The notes: generated by a model not told the origin, from the letters alone. DNA of 46,091 bases from Myxococcota bacterium (GCA_036339465.1 JAYZAY010000003.1:1-46091); one strand, 5' to 3'; counted from the stretch's first letter, positions 31,962 through 41,807 are shown. Made by a program: numbers and translations.

Positions 31962-34900
31962 ATGGTAAAAGCGTTAGGGTTACTCGAGGCCGATCGGCGG
32001 CGTCGGAAAAGGACCCCAAAACAACACGAGCGGTCTGTGTCCTCGGGAGATCCGCTCGCGCCGGTTAAAACCAACATAACCCAACTATCGCCCCCTGGTA
32101 GCTCAAACGCAGCACCAGCCCTCGGCGAGTATCCAAGCGAGGATCAGTTAAGAACGGATTCTCAAACTGCTCCTCATGAGGGCCGGGCTTCGGTCGGGCA
32201 AAATGCCAGTTACCTCGGCTCCCAGCCTAAACCGGACCTCATAAGTGAGGAGCGGCTACAGCCAGAAGCCCAAACTGATCCTGAAGAAAAGCAGACGGAC
32301 GGTCACCTAATTAAGAGTGGTCTCCAATCTGGACCTAAACTGATCCTAAAAGCTAAGGATCAGTTTAGCGATGAAATGCAAACTGATCCCCCGAAAACAA
32401 CAAGCGTGCATGGCTCAACCGCTAAACCGGTCCTCACGAATGAGGATCAGTTATCAGAAACGAACTTAACCGCTCCTCAGCACACAAGTAGCTCTCCGTC
32501 AGCGGTGGTTAAACCGATCCTGCCAGATGAGGTACAGTTAACAAAATTGCGCCAAACCGATCCCGGCACAACCGATGGCTTGATTACAACAATGGCTAAA
32601 CTGCACCTCCCAGACGAGGCTCAGTTTAGCGCACCACCCCAAACCGATCCTCGAAGTTCCAAAAGCCTTGTCCAGCCGAACGTTAAACCGATCCTACGCC
32701 ATGAGGCTCACTTAAGCACGCCTATGCTAACTGATCCTCCGCAAATGGACGAGAATGTCGGGGCATCCGCTAAACCGTACCTCGAAAATGAGGACCACTT
32801 AAGAGCCCTAGGCAAAACTGTTCCTGGCAATCTTCAGACCAACGCGCAGCAACCAAACGAGACGCCTCCTAAGACCCCTAAACCGGCCCTCAAAAAGGGG
32901 GTACAGTTAAGTTCACAACCCCAAACCGATCCTGAGGGGATCCAAAACAACCCCGGAATCCAGGATATTCCCGTGGTCACGGCTAAACCGCTCCTCAGGG
33001 ATGAGGATCAGTTAAGTGCCCAAACCGAAACCAGCCAGGCTCAACAGCCAATTGATACTCATGAGCGCGCCAGCGCCCAGCATTCACAAGCTAAACCGGT
33101 CCTCGTAAATGAGGATCAGTTAAGTCCCCACACCGAAGCAAGCCAGGCTCAACAGCCAATTGATACTCATGAGCGCGCCGCCGGCCAGCATTCACAAGCT
33201 AAACCGGTCCTCAGGCATGAGGATCAGTTAAGTCCCCGAACCGAACCTTGCCGGGCTCAACAGCCAATTGATACTCATGAGCGCGCCGCCGGCCAGCATT
33301 CACAATCTAAACCGGTCCTCAGAAATGAGGATCAGTTAACCCACCACACCGAAACCAGCCAGGCTCAACAGCCAATTGATACCAATGAGCTCGCCGCCGG
33401 CCAGCAAGCACAATCTAAACCGGTCCTCAGAGATGAGGATCAGTTAACCCACCACACCGAAACCAGCCAGGCTCAACAGCCAATTGATACCAATGAGCTC
33501 GCCGCCGGCCAGCAAGCACACCCCAAACCGATACCCTCATCTGAGAATGTCCCGCAAACCCAAAATTGGTCCCTGCCCAAGCAAGGCCCATCGCATCCTC
33601 AGCAAACGCATACTGATACCGAACCAAAAGCTAAACCGATCTACAAAGTTCAGGATCGGTTAAGTCAACAGCTCGAAACTGATCCTATCCTTAACCAAAG
33701 CGATCCCCGCGCCACTCAAAGCGATCCCCGCGCAATCACTAAAGTGAACCTCCACCATGAGGATCACTTAGTAGGGCAACACCCAACCGATCCTCAGCAA
33801 GCAGGATCACTTAGCAGGGCCCCAGGATCACTTAGAGCCAACCCAGGATCACTTATCCAAACAGATCCTCACATCACCACCAAACCGATCCCGACACACC
33901 AGGATCACTTAGATAAGCCCACTTTAACCGAACCTCAGCCAAGAGGATCCGTTAATGAAGCCCCAGGATCACTTAACTTGAAAGAGGGATCAGTTAACCT
34001 AACCGCTCCCCAAACCACCCCTAAACTGATCTCCACACACCGAGATCAGTTAACATCATCCCCATCCTTCACGCCCTCTCCCACAGCCACTAAACCCATC
34101 CTTCCTAAAGGCGACCTAAAGCAACTAATCCTCCGTTTTCTTGCCGAGGAAGCCATAAAAGACCAAACCAATACCACGCGCTTTATTCGATACAGTGAAA
34201 TCGCAAATGCAGTCACTACCACGGAGAACTACGCCCGAAAGGCCGTCAAGCTCTTAGTGCTCACGGGGCATTGTCGTAAAATACAAGAAAAGCGCGGCCG
34301 CCAGGGTCCAAATCGCGGGGTTCAATATAGCGTGCCTGAGGCCATCATACGCTTAAGTCTAGCCTCACCTAAACCGGTCCTCAATCCCGCTCTAAACCGG
34401 TCCTCAGTAAAAGAGAAAGACAATTCCACCGCCGCTAAACCGATCCTCGTAACCGATCCTGCTACCGTAGTAGTTAGTAGTAGTAATATATTAACAACAA
34501 CTACTAACTTAGAACTCGAAGATTTTTTACATAAACACGGACCTGCCTGCGATGAATTTGGAATTGGTGCTCAAGATTTAATTTCTATTCTAAAACTTGG
34601 CACCCACACCAATCTCGAATCGATCTTAGAATCTAGCGAACACCTCTTGTTTTATTTGCAGTCACAACACAGCGACGGCATCACCAAACCAAAAGCTTGG
34701 TTTATGCGCCAACTAAAGTCTGGCTACTATGCACGCCCAGCAGGTTTTGTCGGCTGGGAGGAAAGACAGCTCGATCTCCAGCTTCAGGCCCGACGAGAAA
34801 AGACTGCCAGACTCAAGCAGCTTAAAGAGCAAATTCTTGAGGAAGACTTTCAAATCTGGCTCTCAGAGCAAGCACAGTACGATTTAAAGAGAATCTGCGG

Positions 34901-34973
34901 CGTAATAGAACCCACAGGCAGACTCGGACAAGAAAAGCTCAAAGCGCATTTCGTAGGGCTTAACCGACCGTAA
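31962..34973 (+). CDS. Putative replication initiator / DNA-binding protein: about 700-aa repeat-derived N-terminus, winged-HTH, S/T linker and helical C-terminal domain
   Basis: wHTH-like LILRFLAEE...IRYSEIANAVTTTENYARKAVKLLVLTGHCRK...RGVQYSVP (about 34116-34337); VVVSSSNILTTTTN linker; C-terminal ITKPKAWFMRQLKSGYYARPAGF; starts 2 bp after the parA stop. Confidence 0.6.
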   Translation: MVKALGLLEADRRRRKRTPKQHERSVSSGDPLAPVKTNITQLSPPGSSNAAPALGEYPSEDQLRTDSQTAPHEGRASVGQNASYLGSQPKPDLISEERLQPEAQTDPEEKQTDGHLIKSGLQSGPKLILKAKDQFSDEMQTDPPKTTSVHGSTAKPVLTNEDQLSETNLTAPQHTSSSPSAVVKPILPDEVQLTKLRQTDPGTTDGLITTMAKLHLPDEAQFSAPPQTDPRSSKSLVQPNVKPILRHEAHLSTPMLTDPPQMDENVGASAKPYLENEDHLRALGKTVPGNLQTNAQQPNETPPKTPKPALKKGVQLSSQPQTDPEGIQNNPGIQDIPVVTAKPLLRDEDQLSAQTETSQAQQPIDTHERASAQHSQAKPVLVNEDQLSPHTEASQAQQPIDTHERAAGQHSQAKPVLRHEDQLSPRTEPCRAQQPIDTHERAAGQHSQSKPVLRNEDQLTHHTETSQAQQPIDTNELAAGQQAQSKPVLRDEDQLTHHTETSQAQQPIDTNELAAGQQAHPKPIPSSENVPQTQNWSLPKQGPSHPQQTHTDTEPKAKPIYKVQDRLSQQLETDPILNQSDPRATQSDPRAITKVNLHHEDHLVGQHPTDPQQAGSLSRAPGSLRANPGSLIQTDPHITTKPIPTHQDHLDKPTLTEPQPRGSVNEAPGSLNLKEGSVNLTAPQTTPKLISTHRDQLTSSPSFTPSPTATKPILPKGDLKQLILRFLAEEAIKDQTNTTRFIRYSEIANAVTTTENYARKAVKLLVLTGHCRKIQEKRGRQGPNRGVQYSVPEAIIRLSLASPKPVLNPALNRSSVKEKDNSTAAKPILVTDPATVVVSSSNILTTTTNLELEDFLHKHGPACDEFGIGAQDLISILKLGTHTNLESILESSEHLLFYLQSQHSDGITKPKAWFMRQLKSGYYARPAGFVGWEERQLDLQLQARREKTARLKQLKEQILEEDFQIWLSEQAQYDLKRICGVIEPTGRLGQEKLKAHFVGLNRP
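32139..34460. repeat. Intragenic array of palindromic units CTAAACYGRTCCTC-N6-GAGGATCAGTTAAG plus single half-sites (putative iterons/centromere)
   Basis: Left arms at 32227, 32335, 32422, 32509, 32596, 32683, 32770, 32878, 32983, 33091, 33199, 33307, 33415, 33523 (degenerate), 33631, 33739, 33880 and 34021. Half-sites at 33802/33823/33844, 33943/33964/33985, 34369, 34392 and 34435. Confidence 0.9.
32983..33522 (+). repeat. Five near-identical 108-bp tandem repeats (36 aa each)
   Basis: Units like AKPVLRxEDQLxxxTExSQAQQPIDTxExAAGQxSQ; a recent amplification inside the older array. Confidence 0.95.
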
Positions 34974-36170
34974 GAGGGCAATCAACTTCCCCAATAAACT
35001 CCACGAACCCTTTTTACGAACCACTTTTGTCGAAAGCTCCGTCAACAAACGTCGGTGCAAAAAAAGAAATGCCTAACTGAGTGACGGAGGCTTCTATTTC
35101 CTGTCTCACTTCTCAGACTTTCCATCAACACTGAAGCATCCGTCGTCTTAGAGCTTGTCTCCATCAAAATCGCCGCTAACAAAAAAAGCAGTCGTCCTGT
35201 TATTCTATACTTCTATTCATTTTGCCTTTTTACATATTTTTCTTTCATAGGGATTTACCCTTTTGCACGGTAACACCAACTCCTTGGTTCTAGATAAGGC
35301 GGCCGAGGTTTGGCTTAACGCGCTTGTTGGATTTAATCCGCCGGTGGACAAATGTTTCCTGAGATGACTTCCTACGCTTGATTTTTACTGGCCTGGTAGC
35401 CATCTTTTGCTTTTAAGTCTTTTGATTGCAACAAGACCCGCAAACAACCCCTCTCCTTAGTCTGGGATCGTGGCCAGGTCTGAGTTATTCATGACCAGCA
35501 AAGCAGCTCTTCCTTCGTCTATTTGCTAATCCCGAGTGCGTTTTTTTGAATCGGTTCACTCAAGGGCTACTTTTTTCAGACCCTGTCGTGTTTAGCGACT
35601 GAACCCACGACACCTTCGATTCGAAGTCGCTACGGCATTGGTGAAGACAAAGCGCTCACGCTCTTTCGGCAAACCGAGAAGGGCAGCCTTCTAAGACGCT
35701 CAGGCCGAGCCTCGAAGCCGAAAATATCCGTGGCCTACGGTGCCTACTTTTTGTCTTGGTGTTGAGCTGGGCGGTGAAAAGTTCGGTGGGGAGTGGGTAG
35801 GGGGAGGTTGAGAGCCCGTTTAATCTGATACGGTGTGGTTATTGTTTTGTAAATCGTCGGAAGTGGCTCCTCATTTCTTGCTGTAGGTTCTCCGAGAGCA
35901 GAACTTTGGGGAGTGTCGAGTGTCGCCGGGCCAGTTGCATGTATTGAGTTTTATGCTTCGCCCATTTTGGATCCTCTTGCTGTACCCGCAGGTAAGTTTG
36001 CTGGCTTCATGGGTTTGCTCTCTTGTGCTTGGTTGTGGTTATCAAAACAGTAAAGCTCAACCTTTGCTGATGACCGGTGTAGGCTTGGGTACAGATAACA
36101 ACGTACCGAAAGCCCCATCTTAATATCGCCTCACTATTTGATTTTTTCTCGAGAAAAGCGAAAATGCACC

Positions 36171-37319
36171 ATGGCAGGGCAAAGCAACAACTCAATACCC
36201 CCGCTCACTGAGCATATTCATTGCTCACTCTGCGAGCACCCAGGGATGATTGTGGTGGGCCAGGTGGTTCGCTATGGACACAAGGTTCGGAACGTTGTGT
36301 GCGAGCGTTGTGGTTTGAGCTATATCTCGCCACGACCAAGTCTCGCGGATATGGCTGATTTTTATCGTCGGGAATACCGTGCGGAACATGAGGTCCCGGT
36401 TCGTCTGGAAAATGGGGCCATCGTTGAAAAAGGCACCTCTGAACATCAAGAAACAAAAAATGAAAAGACACGAATCCAAGCCCACAATGCCGCGGTCGCC
36501 GGAGGTACGAAGGAGGGAAGTCGCGTATTAGAAATAGGCTGCCAGGATGGAGCGACTCTCCGGCTCATGATGGAGCAACTGAATATTGAAGCAATCGGAA
36601 TTGAGCCCGACGTCAATGAAGCCACCATCGCTGCTGAGCGCGGAGTTTCAGTTTATAGGGGAGTGTTTGAGGATTTTGATCCAGGCGAGAAGCTTTTCGA
36701 CCAAATCCAGATGTTTCAAGTTCTAGAACATATGCACGCACCACTGGAAACTCTGGTACGTATCCGTGCCCTCCTAAAACCCACGGGTCGGTTGGTGGTG
36801 GAGGTCCCAAATTTAAGCCAACCCTATGGCGCCCTTGAAGAAAATTTTTTCCAATTGCCCCACCTCTATAATTTTAATCTAAACACCCTCACGGCATTCT
36901 TTCGGCGGGCCGGGTTACACGTTCTCGGTTGGAGAAGCGATCAAGCACTTACCATTGCGGGAGAAGTAGATCCCGCAGATTCGTCCCCCGTCCCATTCCA
37001 GCCCGAAATGCTTCCCCTAGAACACGAAAATGGTCACTGGGTTGCCACTCGACTCGCAACCTATGCAAAACTCGAAAAGGCAATGCATACCCTCAAAAAT
37101 CATTCCACCATTCATAGTGAAAGCGAGTTTATGGCGCTCTTTAGTAAATCCGCATTTCCCGAGCACCTAAGCAGAAGCATCAACGAGGCCACCGAGCTAC
37201 TACTTCGATTTGGTAGACCCGACTTAAGGACCAAACTTCTCCAAAGTGCCATTTCAGGACCCCATTCGAATGCGGTGATGCAACAATGTGAGGACCTTTT
37301 GAGCCGAAAGCCTTCATAG
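36171..37319 (+). CDS. Class I SAM-dependent methyltransferase with an N-terminal Zn-finger (CxxC...CxxC)
   Basis: CSLC...CERCGL, VLEIGCQDG, GIEPD, FQVLEHM..P, LKPTGRLVVEVPN, PHLYNF. Confidence 0.85.
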   Translation: MAGQSNNSIPPLTEHIHCSLCEHPGMIVVGQVVRYGHKVRNVVCERCGLSYISPRPSLADMADFYRREYRAEHEVPVRLENGAIVEKGTSEHQETKNEKTRIQAHNAAVAGGTKEGSRVLEIGCQDGATLRLMMEQLNIEAIGIEPDVNEATIAAERGVSVYRGVFEDFDPGEKLFDQIQMFQVLEHMHAPLETLVRIRALLKPTGRLVVEVPNLSQPYGALEENFFQLPHLYNFNLNTLTAFFRRAGLHVLGWRSDQALTIAGEVDPADSSPVPFQPEMLPLEHENGHWVATRLATYAKLEKAMHTLKNHSTIHSESEFMALFSKSAFPEHLSRSINEATELLLRFGRPDLRTKLLQSAISGPHSNAVMQQCEDLLSRKPS

Positions 37320-38263
37320 GAAAAGCTGCTCGAATTCTCGCTGACGTTTTAAATCCAAATGTTCGGTTCTGCTACTTCAGGGGGATGTTATAGGCCGGTT
37401 TTTTTTTAGAATGCCTTCAGCTTTTACCCGGTGTTTTAATCTAAACCAACTTCCGCAAGCAGTTTGAGACGCTGCTGCGCTCAATATTCAGCCCACCACT
37501 TGGCAATCTCCGTCTTGAGATTATTGTGCGCGGTTGTGTGTTTATCCGTCGCAAAATGCTATATTCCTGGAGCCGCGACCCATCTCTGTTTTACACCGAC
37601 GGCCAATTCCTAAAAAAGGTACATGGAAACTTGTGGTTATTATTCCCAAAACGCGAAGTAATTTCGTTTGTGACCATGGAGTGTTTACCGCTATGTTCGG
37701 TTGATGAAAAAAGGTGGTGGTGAAAGCACCGAAATCAAAGAAGAGGGGAGGGGCGTGAGCACGCCAAGGGCTGCACAAAAAAGCGGATGTTTGGGCACCG
37801 GCTGATGATTCTCGTGTTTGAGATTTCTCGGCCCTCAAAATTTGAAGTTCTTAGGATGAAAAGAGTCATTTCCATGGTGCCCGCGTTGTGAAGGTCGGCC
37901 TCTAATGCTTCCACGATACCGCGGGAATGCAGCTTCACTGCCACTTCGTGGCCTTTATGGCTTACTCCTGATGATACTAGCGGGTATTCACGCCATATCT
38001 AAAGAACGTAAGTCAATGATTCCCACGACAAACGTATAGAGAGAGGCCCTCTTATTGGGACCTTGCCCCAGGGCTGAATGGTTACATGGACAGAATCATT
38101 TTATTGCATCGCCGCATATTGAGACGCTTAAAGTATCTTCACACTCAGCTACCAGCACACAAGAAGAGCCATCATGTCAAATATGGAGAAATATCCCGAG
38201 GCCACCCGGGATAGAGTTGCCACCATCCCTTCGGCATTATAATGAAGTAGCCAGGAGGAAAAC

Positions 38264-38893
38264 ATGACACATTGTAAACGAAATCTCTTATGGGCTATTT
38301 TGCTCTTGGTTGGTTCATGCGGCGGCAAAGACTCTTCGAGCGACGCTACCACCACCGATACAGCCGATACAGCCGATACAGCCGATACAGCCGATACAGC
38401 CGATACAGCCGATACAGCCGATACAGCCACCGATGACGGCAACGGCACCTCCTCCATTGAACTTGCCCCCGGCACCTATCAATTGGCCAAGGAACGGACC
38501 TTCGAAACCGAAACCTGCACTGGCAGCTCCGTGGAATCCACCACCAACCTAAGCAATATAACCATTGTCCTCGATGCTTCGAGCACCTTTACCATTCAAA
38601 TGGGAGAATGCGAGTCAGAAGTAACAGACGACATCAACACCGAGCAAGATTGTGAAGAGGCCAATGGAAGCTGGGCAACGGAGAGCAAGACTGGGGCGTG
38701 GACACAAACAGAAACGACTTTGAGCCTAAAACCAACCGATGAGGAACAAGCCCTGACCTGTAACGCACAGAATGCCACCACCTTCATTTGCAACGGCGAA
38801 TCCGGGGAGGTAAGTATCGACTCTGATGGAAACACCATTGATTCCACCATGTTCTGCATCGAACGGGAGTTCCAAAAGAAGTCGGCGTCTTAG
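38264..38893 (+). CDS. Lipoprotein with a (DTA)8 linker and a Cys-containing beta-rich (lipocalin-like) domain
   Basis: AGGAGG RBS; lipobox LLVGSC; acidic linker. Confidence 0.75.
   Translation: MTHCKRNLLWAILLLVGSCGGKDSSSDATTTDTADTADTADTADTADTADTADTATDDGNGTSSIELAPGTYQLAKERTFETETCTGSSVESTTNLSNITIVLDASSTFTIQMGECESEVTDDINTEQDCEEANGSWATESKTGAWTQTETTLSLKPTDEEQALTCNAQNATTFICNGESGEVSIDSDGNTIDSTMFCIEREFQKKSAS
38355..38426 (+). repeat. 9-bp VNTR (CCGATACAG)x8
   Basis: Eight exact copies, in frame within the lipoprotein gene. Confidence 0.95.
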
Positions 38894-39951
38894 GAACCGT
38901 GATTGGTTTTAAACTTCCCGGTGAACACGGTGATGGGAAGATCCGTGAACCGTTTTTGAACTCTCCCAACCTCCCATTCAGCATCATGGGGCGTCGATGT
39001 CCAAAACAGAGAAATCAAGAAGTGGGGTGGTCGTAGCAGACTCTTCCCTGCCAACGTTGAACTCAACGGCTCGCGCGCCAAAGCCAAGATCTGATCTCGA
39101 ACTTCACCCATTCAATACGATTGGCGAATCGCCTCCCCTTAAGGCCCATGGCTCGTTTGGTCTGATCGTGGAAAAAACGCGTACTCTCATCCCCATAGCT
39201 CGGTGCGGGTTGAGATAAGAAATCCAGGCAATCACTCGGCCCTTCGGCAGTGGAGCCACGGGTATTGACTCCGACCATGTGCGTTTGTCATCGGCGCTTA
39301 CCTTGACTCGAAGGTGATTGGCCAGGCGGGGTTCTGTAAAAAAACAAGCGATGTCGCTCTTACTGATACCAGAGGTCTGTCCCTTTTTCTTGAGCGTCAT
39401 CCGGGCGATAGCACCCTCTACCAAGTTTAATCATTATCGAAAAGGGCTCAGCGTTCATCCTATCTAAGCCCGTTAAACTGTCAAGACAACCCACCCTAAC
39501 CACTTTTTTTCAGCCGGAATCGGTTCTTAAATCTACGGTGGATGGGAAAAAATCAGTTGTAACCCATGAGGAAAACAAAGAGAAACGACATCAAAAAGAG
39601 GGCACCCAAACCTCCCCACAAACTTGGGGCCGTATCCAAGGAGAATTCTCCTGATTGATAGGCGAGTGCAAGAAACATCGCACTCACCAGCGCAAAGGAG
39701 AACTCTATGGCTAGGGAGAGGAAAATAATCTTTGGTGTGCTTAGTATCTTTATTTCACTGAATCCTTTCGTAGACATGCCCACTTCAATAAATCGAGCTT
39801 CACTTTTCGAGGTCCGAGTAGCTTCCAGTGGATGCCCCGGACGGTTGCGTGAGCCCTCTTCCTCCCAGTTGTACGGATGTTTTTCCTGGTACCAGAGAAT
39901 GGGTCGAATTGTCGCTCTCTTGACGTGTGGGGTTGTTGCTACGACCAACTT

Positions 39952-41553
39952 CTATCTGCAGTATGCGGTCACTTCCATCATACGATTGGCCCAGTGTGAG
40001 GTATCCATGGTCTTGGTATCTAAATCAAACACCGTACAGGAACCTGAACTAAAGCCGACCTCGCAATCATGGACCTCGGGGATAAACGAGTCATCCCAAA
40101 AAGAACCCGTAAAGCCGCATAACTTCTCACCGGTGACGGAAACAATTTCTTGAACTTCACTGTACCCTGCGGCCTCGCAAAGAGCCTTCGCACAAAGCTC
40201 TTCTCGCTGCTGGCGGCTGGTGTTTCTACATGAGAACCCACCTTGGTTTTCCGCCACGCAAAAGGGGGCAGACGCGTTTCCCCTGGAAACCACACAGTTT
40301 TGCGTGATGGTCGGATCTCCTTCGTCACAATCTGCTATCGTCATAACACCGTCGCAATCTGCGTCATTGGCGAGCAGCCCCAAAGACACATTCCCGTCGT
40401 CACAGTCTGCTTCTGTAACAATCCCATCGCAGTCACCATCAATATCCAGGTAGGTGGATTCGTTATCTCGATCATCGCAATCGAGACTACATTGTATTCC
40501 ATCGGCGTCATCATCCGCGGTGGCTGGTTTGTTGTCATGGAAGTCGTGGTCGTCACATTCATCGATGGCGAGGAGCCCATCACAATCGGCATCGTTGGCC
40601 CTGGTGTGAGAAAGTGGGTCTGAATCATCACAATCCTCTGTGGCAATCGCTCCATCGCAATCGGCATCATTCGACTTGGCCCCAAACGCAACATCCTGAT
40701 CATCGCAGTCGTCTTCGGTGAGAACACCATCGCAGTCCGCATCGGTCGCTACGGTAGTGGACCCTCTGTTAAAGTCATCGCAGTCGTCTTCGGTGAGAAC
40801 ACCATCGCAATCGGCATCAATGTCCCAATGCGTGGAGGTGGGATCTTGGTTGTCACAATCCGTCGCACCTCCGATACCGTCACAATCTTGGTCAAAATCC
40901 ATCCCATAGAGGGTCGCATCGGTATCATCACAATCTAGTTTGCATTGGATGCCATCCCCATCTTCATCAGCATCCCAACGTGCGACTATGTTGTTATCGT
41001 TGTCGTTACAATCGTCAACGGCCAGAACTCCGTCGCAATCATGGTCTTCAGCTCTGTTTTCCAGTGAAATATTACTATCATCACAATCATTTTCGGCAAC
41101 AACCCCATCGCAATCTAAGTCATTGTCACGGGTGTTTGACCTTCCATTGTGGTCGTCGCAGTCATTGGCGGTTAGGACGCCGTCGCAATCTGCGTCCCAA
41201 GACAAAGCCGTAGAGGCAGGGTTCGTATCATCGCAATCCTGAGCGGTGGGGATCTTATCACAGTCTGCATCGTTGATTCGGGCCATCGCTTGGGGGTCTT
41301 CATCGTCGCAATCTGCGGCAGTTAGAACGCCATCACAATCTTTATCATTGGCACGAGCCGTGGAGGTGGGATTGTTGTCATTGCAATCGTCAATCGCGGG
41401 AATGCCGTCGAGATCGACGTCAGCGAGTTCGGGGGTGGTCTCCGAATTTTCGTTGCTTAATTCAGGGTCGGGCAACTCGGTGGTGCTGGCGTTGTCACAA
41501 CCGGTTACAAGCAGTAGAGAAATGATGTAAAATGCTGACTTTATGGTATTCAT
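39952..41553 (-). CDS. Lipoprotein with about 16 Asp/Cys-rich putative metal-binding repeats (DxDCDG....DCDDxD; MopE/TSP3-like)
   Basis: Lipobox LLVTGC after MNTIKSAF; repeated 25-aa units; Cys-rich C-terminal domain. Confidence 0.8.
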   Translation of the reverse strand: MNTIKSAFYIISLLLVTGCDNASTTELPDPELSNENSETTPELADVDLDGIPAIDDCNDNNPTSTARANDKDCDGVLTAADCDDEDPQAMARINDADCDKIPTAQDCDDTNPASTALSWDADCDGVLTANDCDDHNGRSNTRDNDLDCDGVVAENDCDDSNISLENRAEDHDCDGVLAVDDCNDNDNNIVARWDADEDGDGIQCKLDCDDTDATLYGMDFDQDCDGIGGATDCDNQDPTSTHWDIDADCDGVLTEDDCDDFNRGSTTVATDADCDGVLTEDDCDDQDVAFGAKSNDADCDGAIATEDCDDSDPLSHTRANDADCDGLLAIDECDDHDFHDNKPATADDDADGIQCSLDCDDRDNESTYLDIDGDCDGIVTEADCDDGNVSLGLLANDADCDGVMTIADCDEGDPTITQNCVVSRGNASAPFCVAENQGGFSCRNTSRQQREELCAKALCEAAGYSEVQEIVSVTGEKLCGFTGSFWDDSFIPEVHDCEVGFSSGSCTVFDLDTKTMDTSHWANRMMEVTAYCR

Positions 41554-41807
41554 GGGCGGCCCAGTGACTTTGGGATTCAAGGTTGTCAAGGTTTAAAGCC
41601 GAAATAAAAGAAGATGAAGTAGGCTCGTTCGTGGATTGAGGCCCATAAGGGCTTTATTCGCTGCCTGCTGCCTGCCTTTGTCAATGTAGATGATTAATAT
41701 TTCGGTCTTTTTGTTTCTCTCAGGATGTGTTCACTTCACATCAACGCCAACTTCCGTCTATGGTGAATAGAAGGTTTCTTCTTATCGTTGAGGGGCTTAA
41801 TGAACTG

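Noticed and set aside
32139..34460. CRISPR array interpretation of the regularly spaced palindromes
   Set aside because: The repeats are degenerate, spacers are 53-107 bp and partly duplicated, the array lies in a continuous ORF, and no cas genes are present.
38149..38552. ORFs with (SAV)n or (PIQ)n repeats
   Set aside because: They are alternative-frame readings of the 9-bp VNTR in the lipoprotein gene.
38890..39948. Small minus-strand ORFs, one with an Asp-box-like VSADDKRTW and one with two hydrophobic helices
   Set aside because: They may be real fragments or a small membrane protein, but support is too weak to assign.
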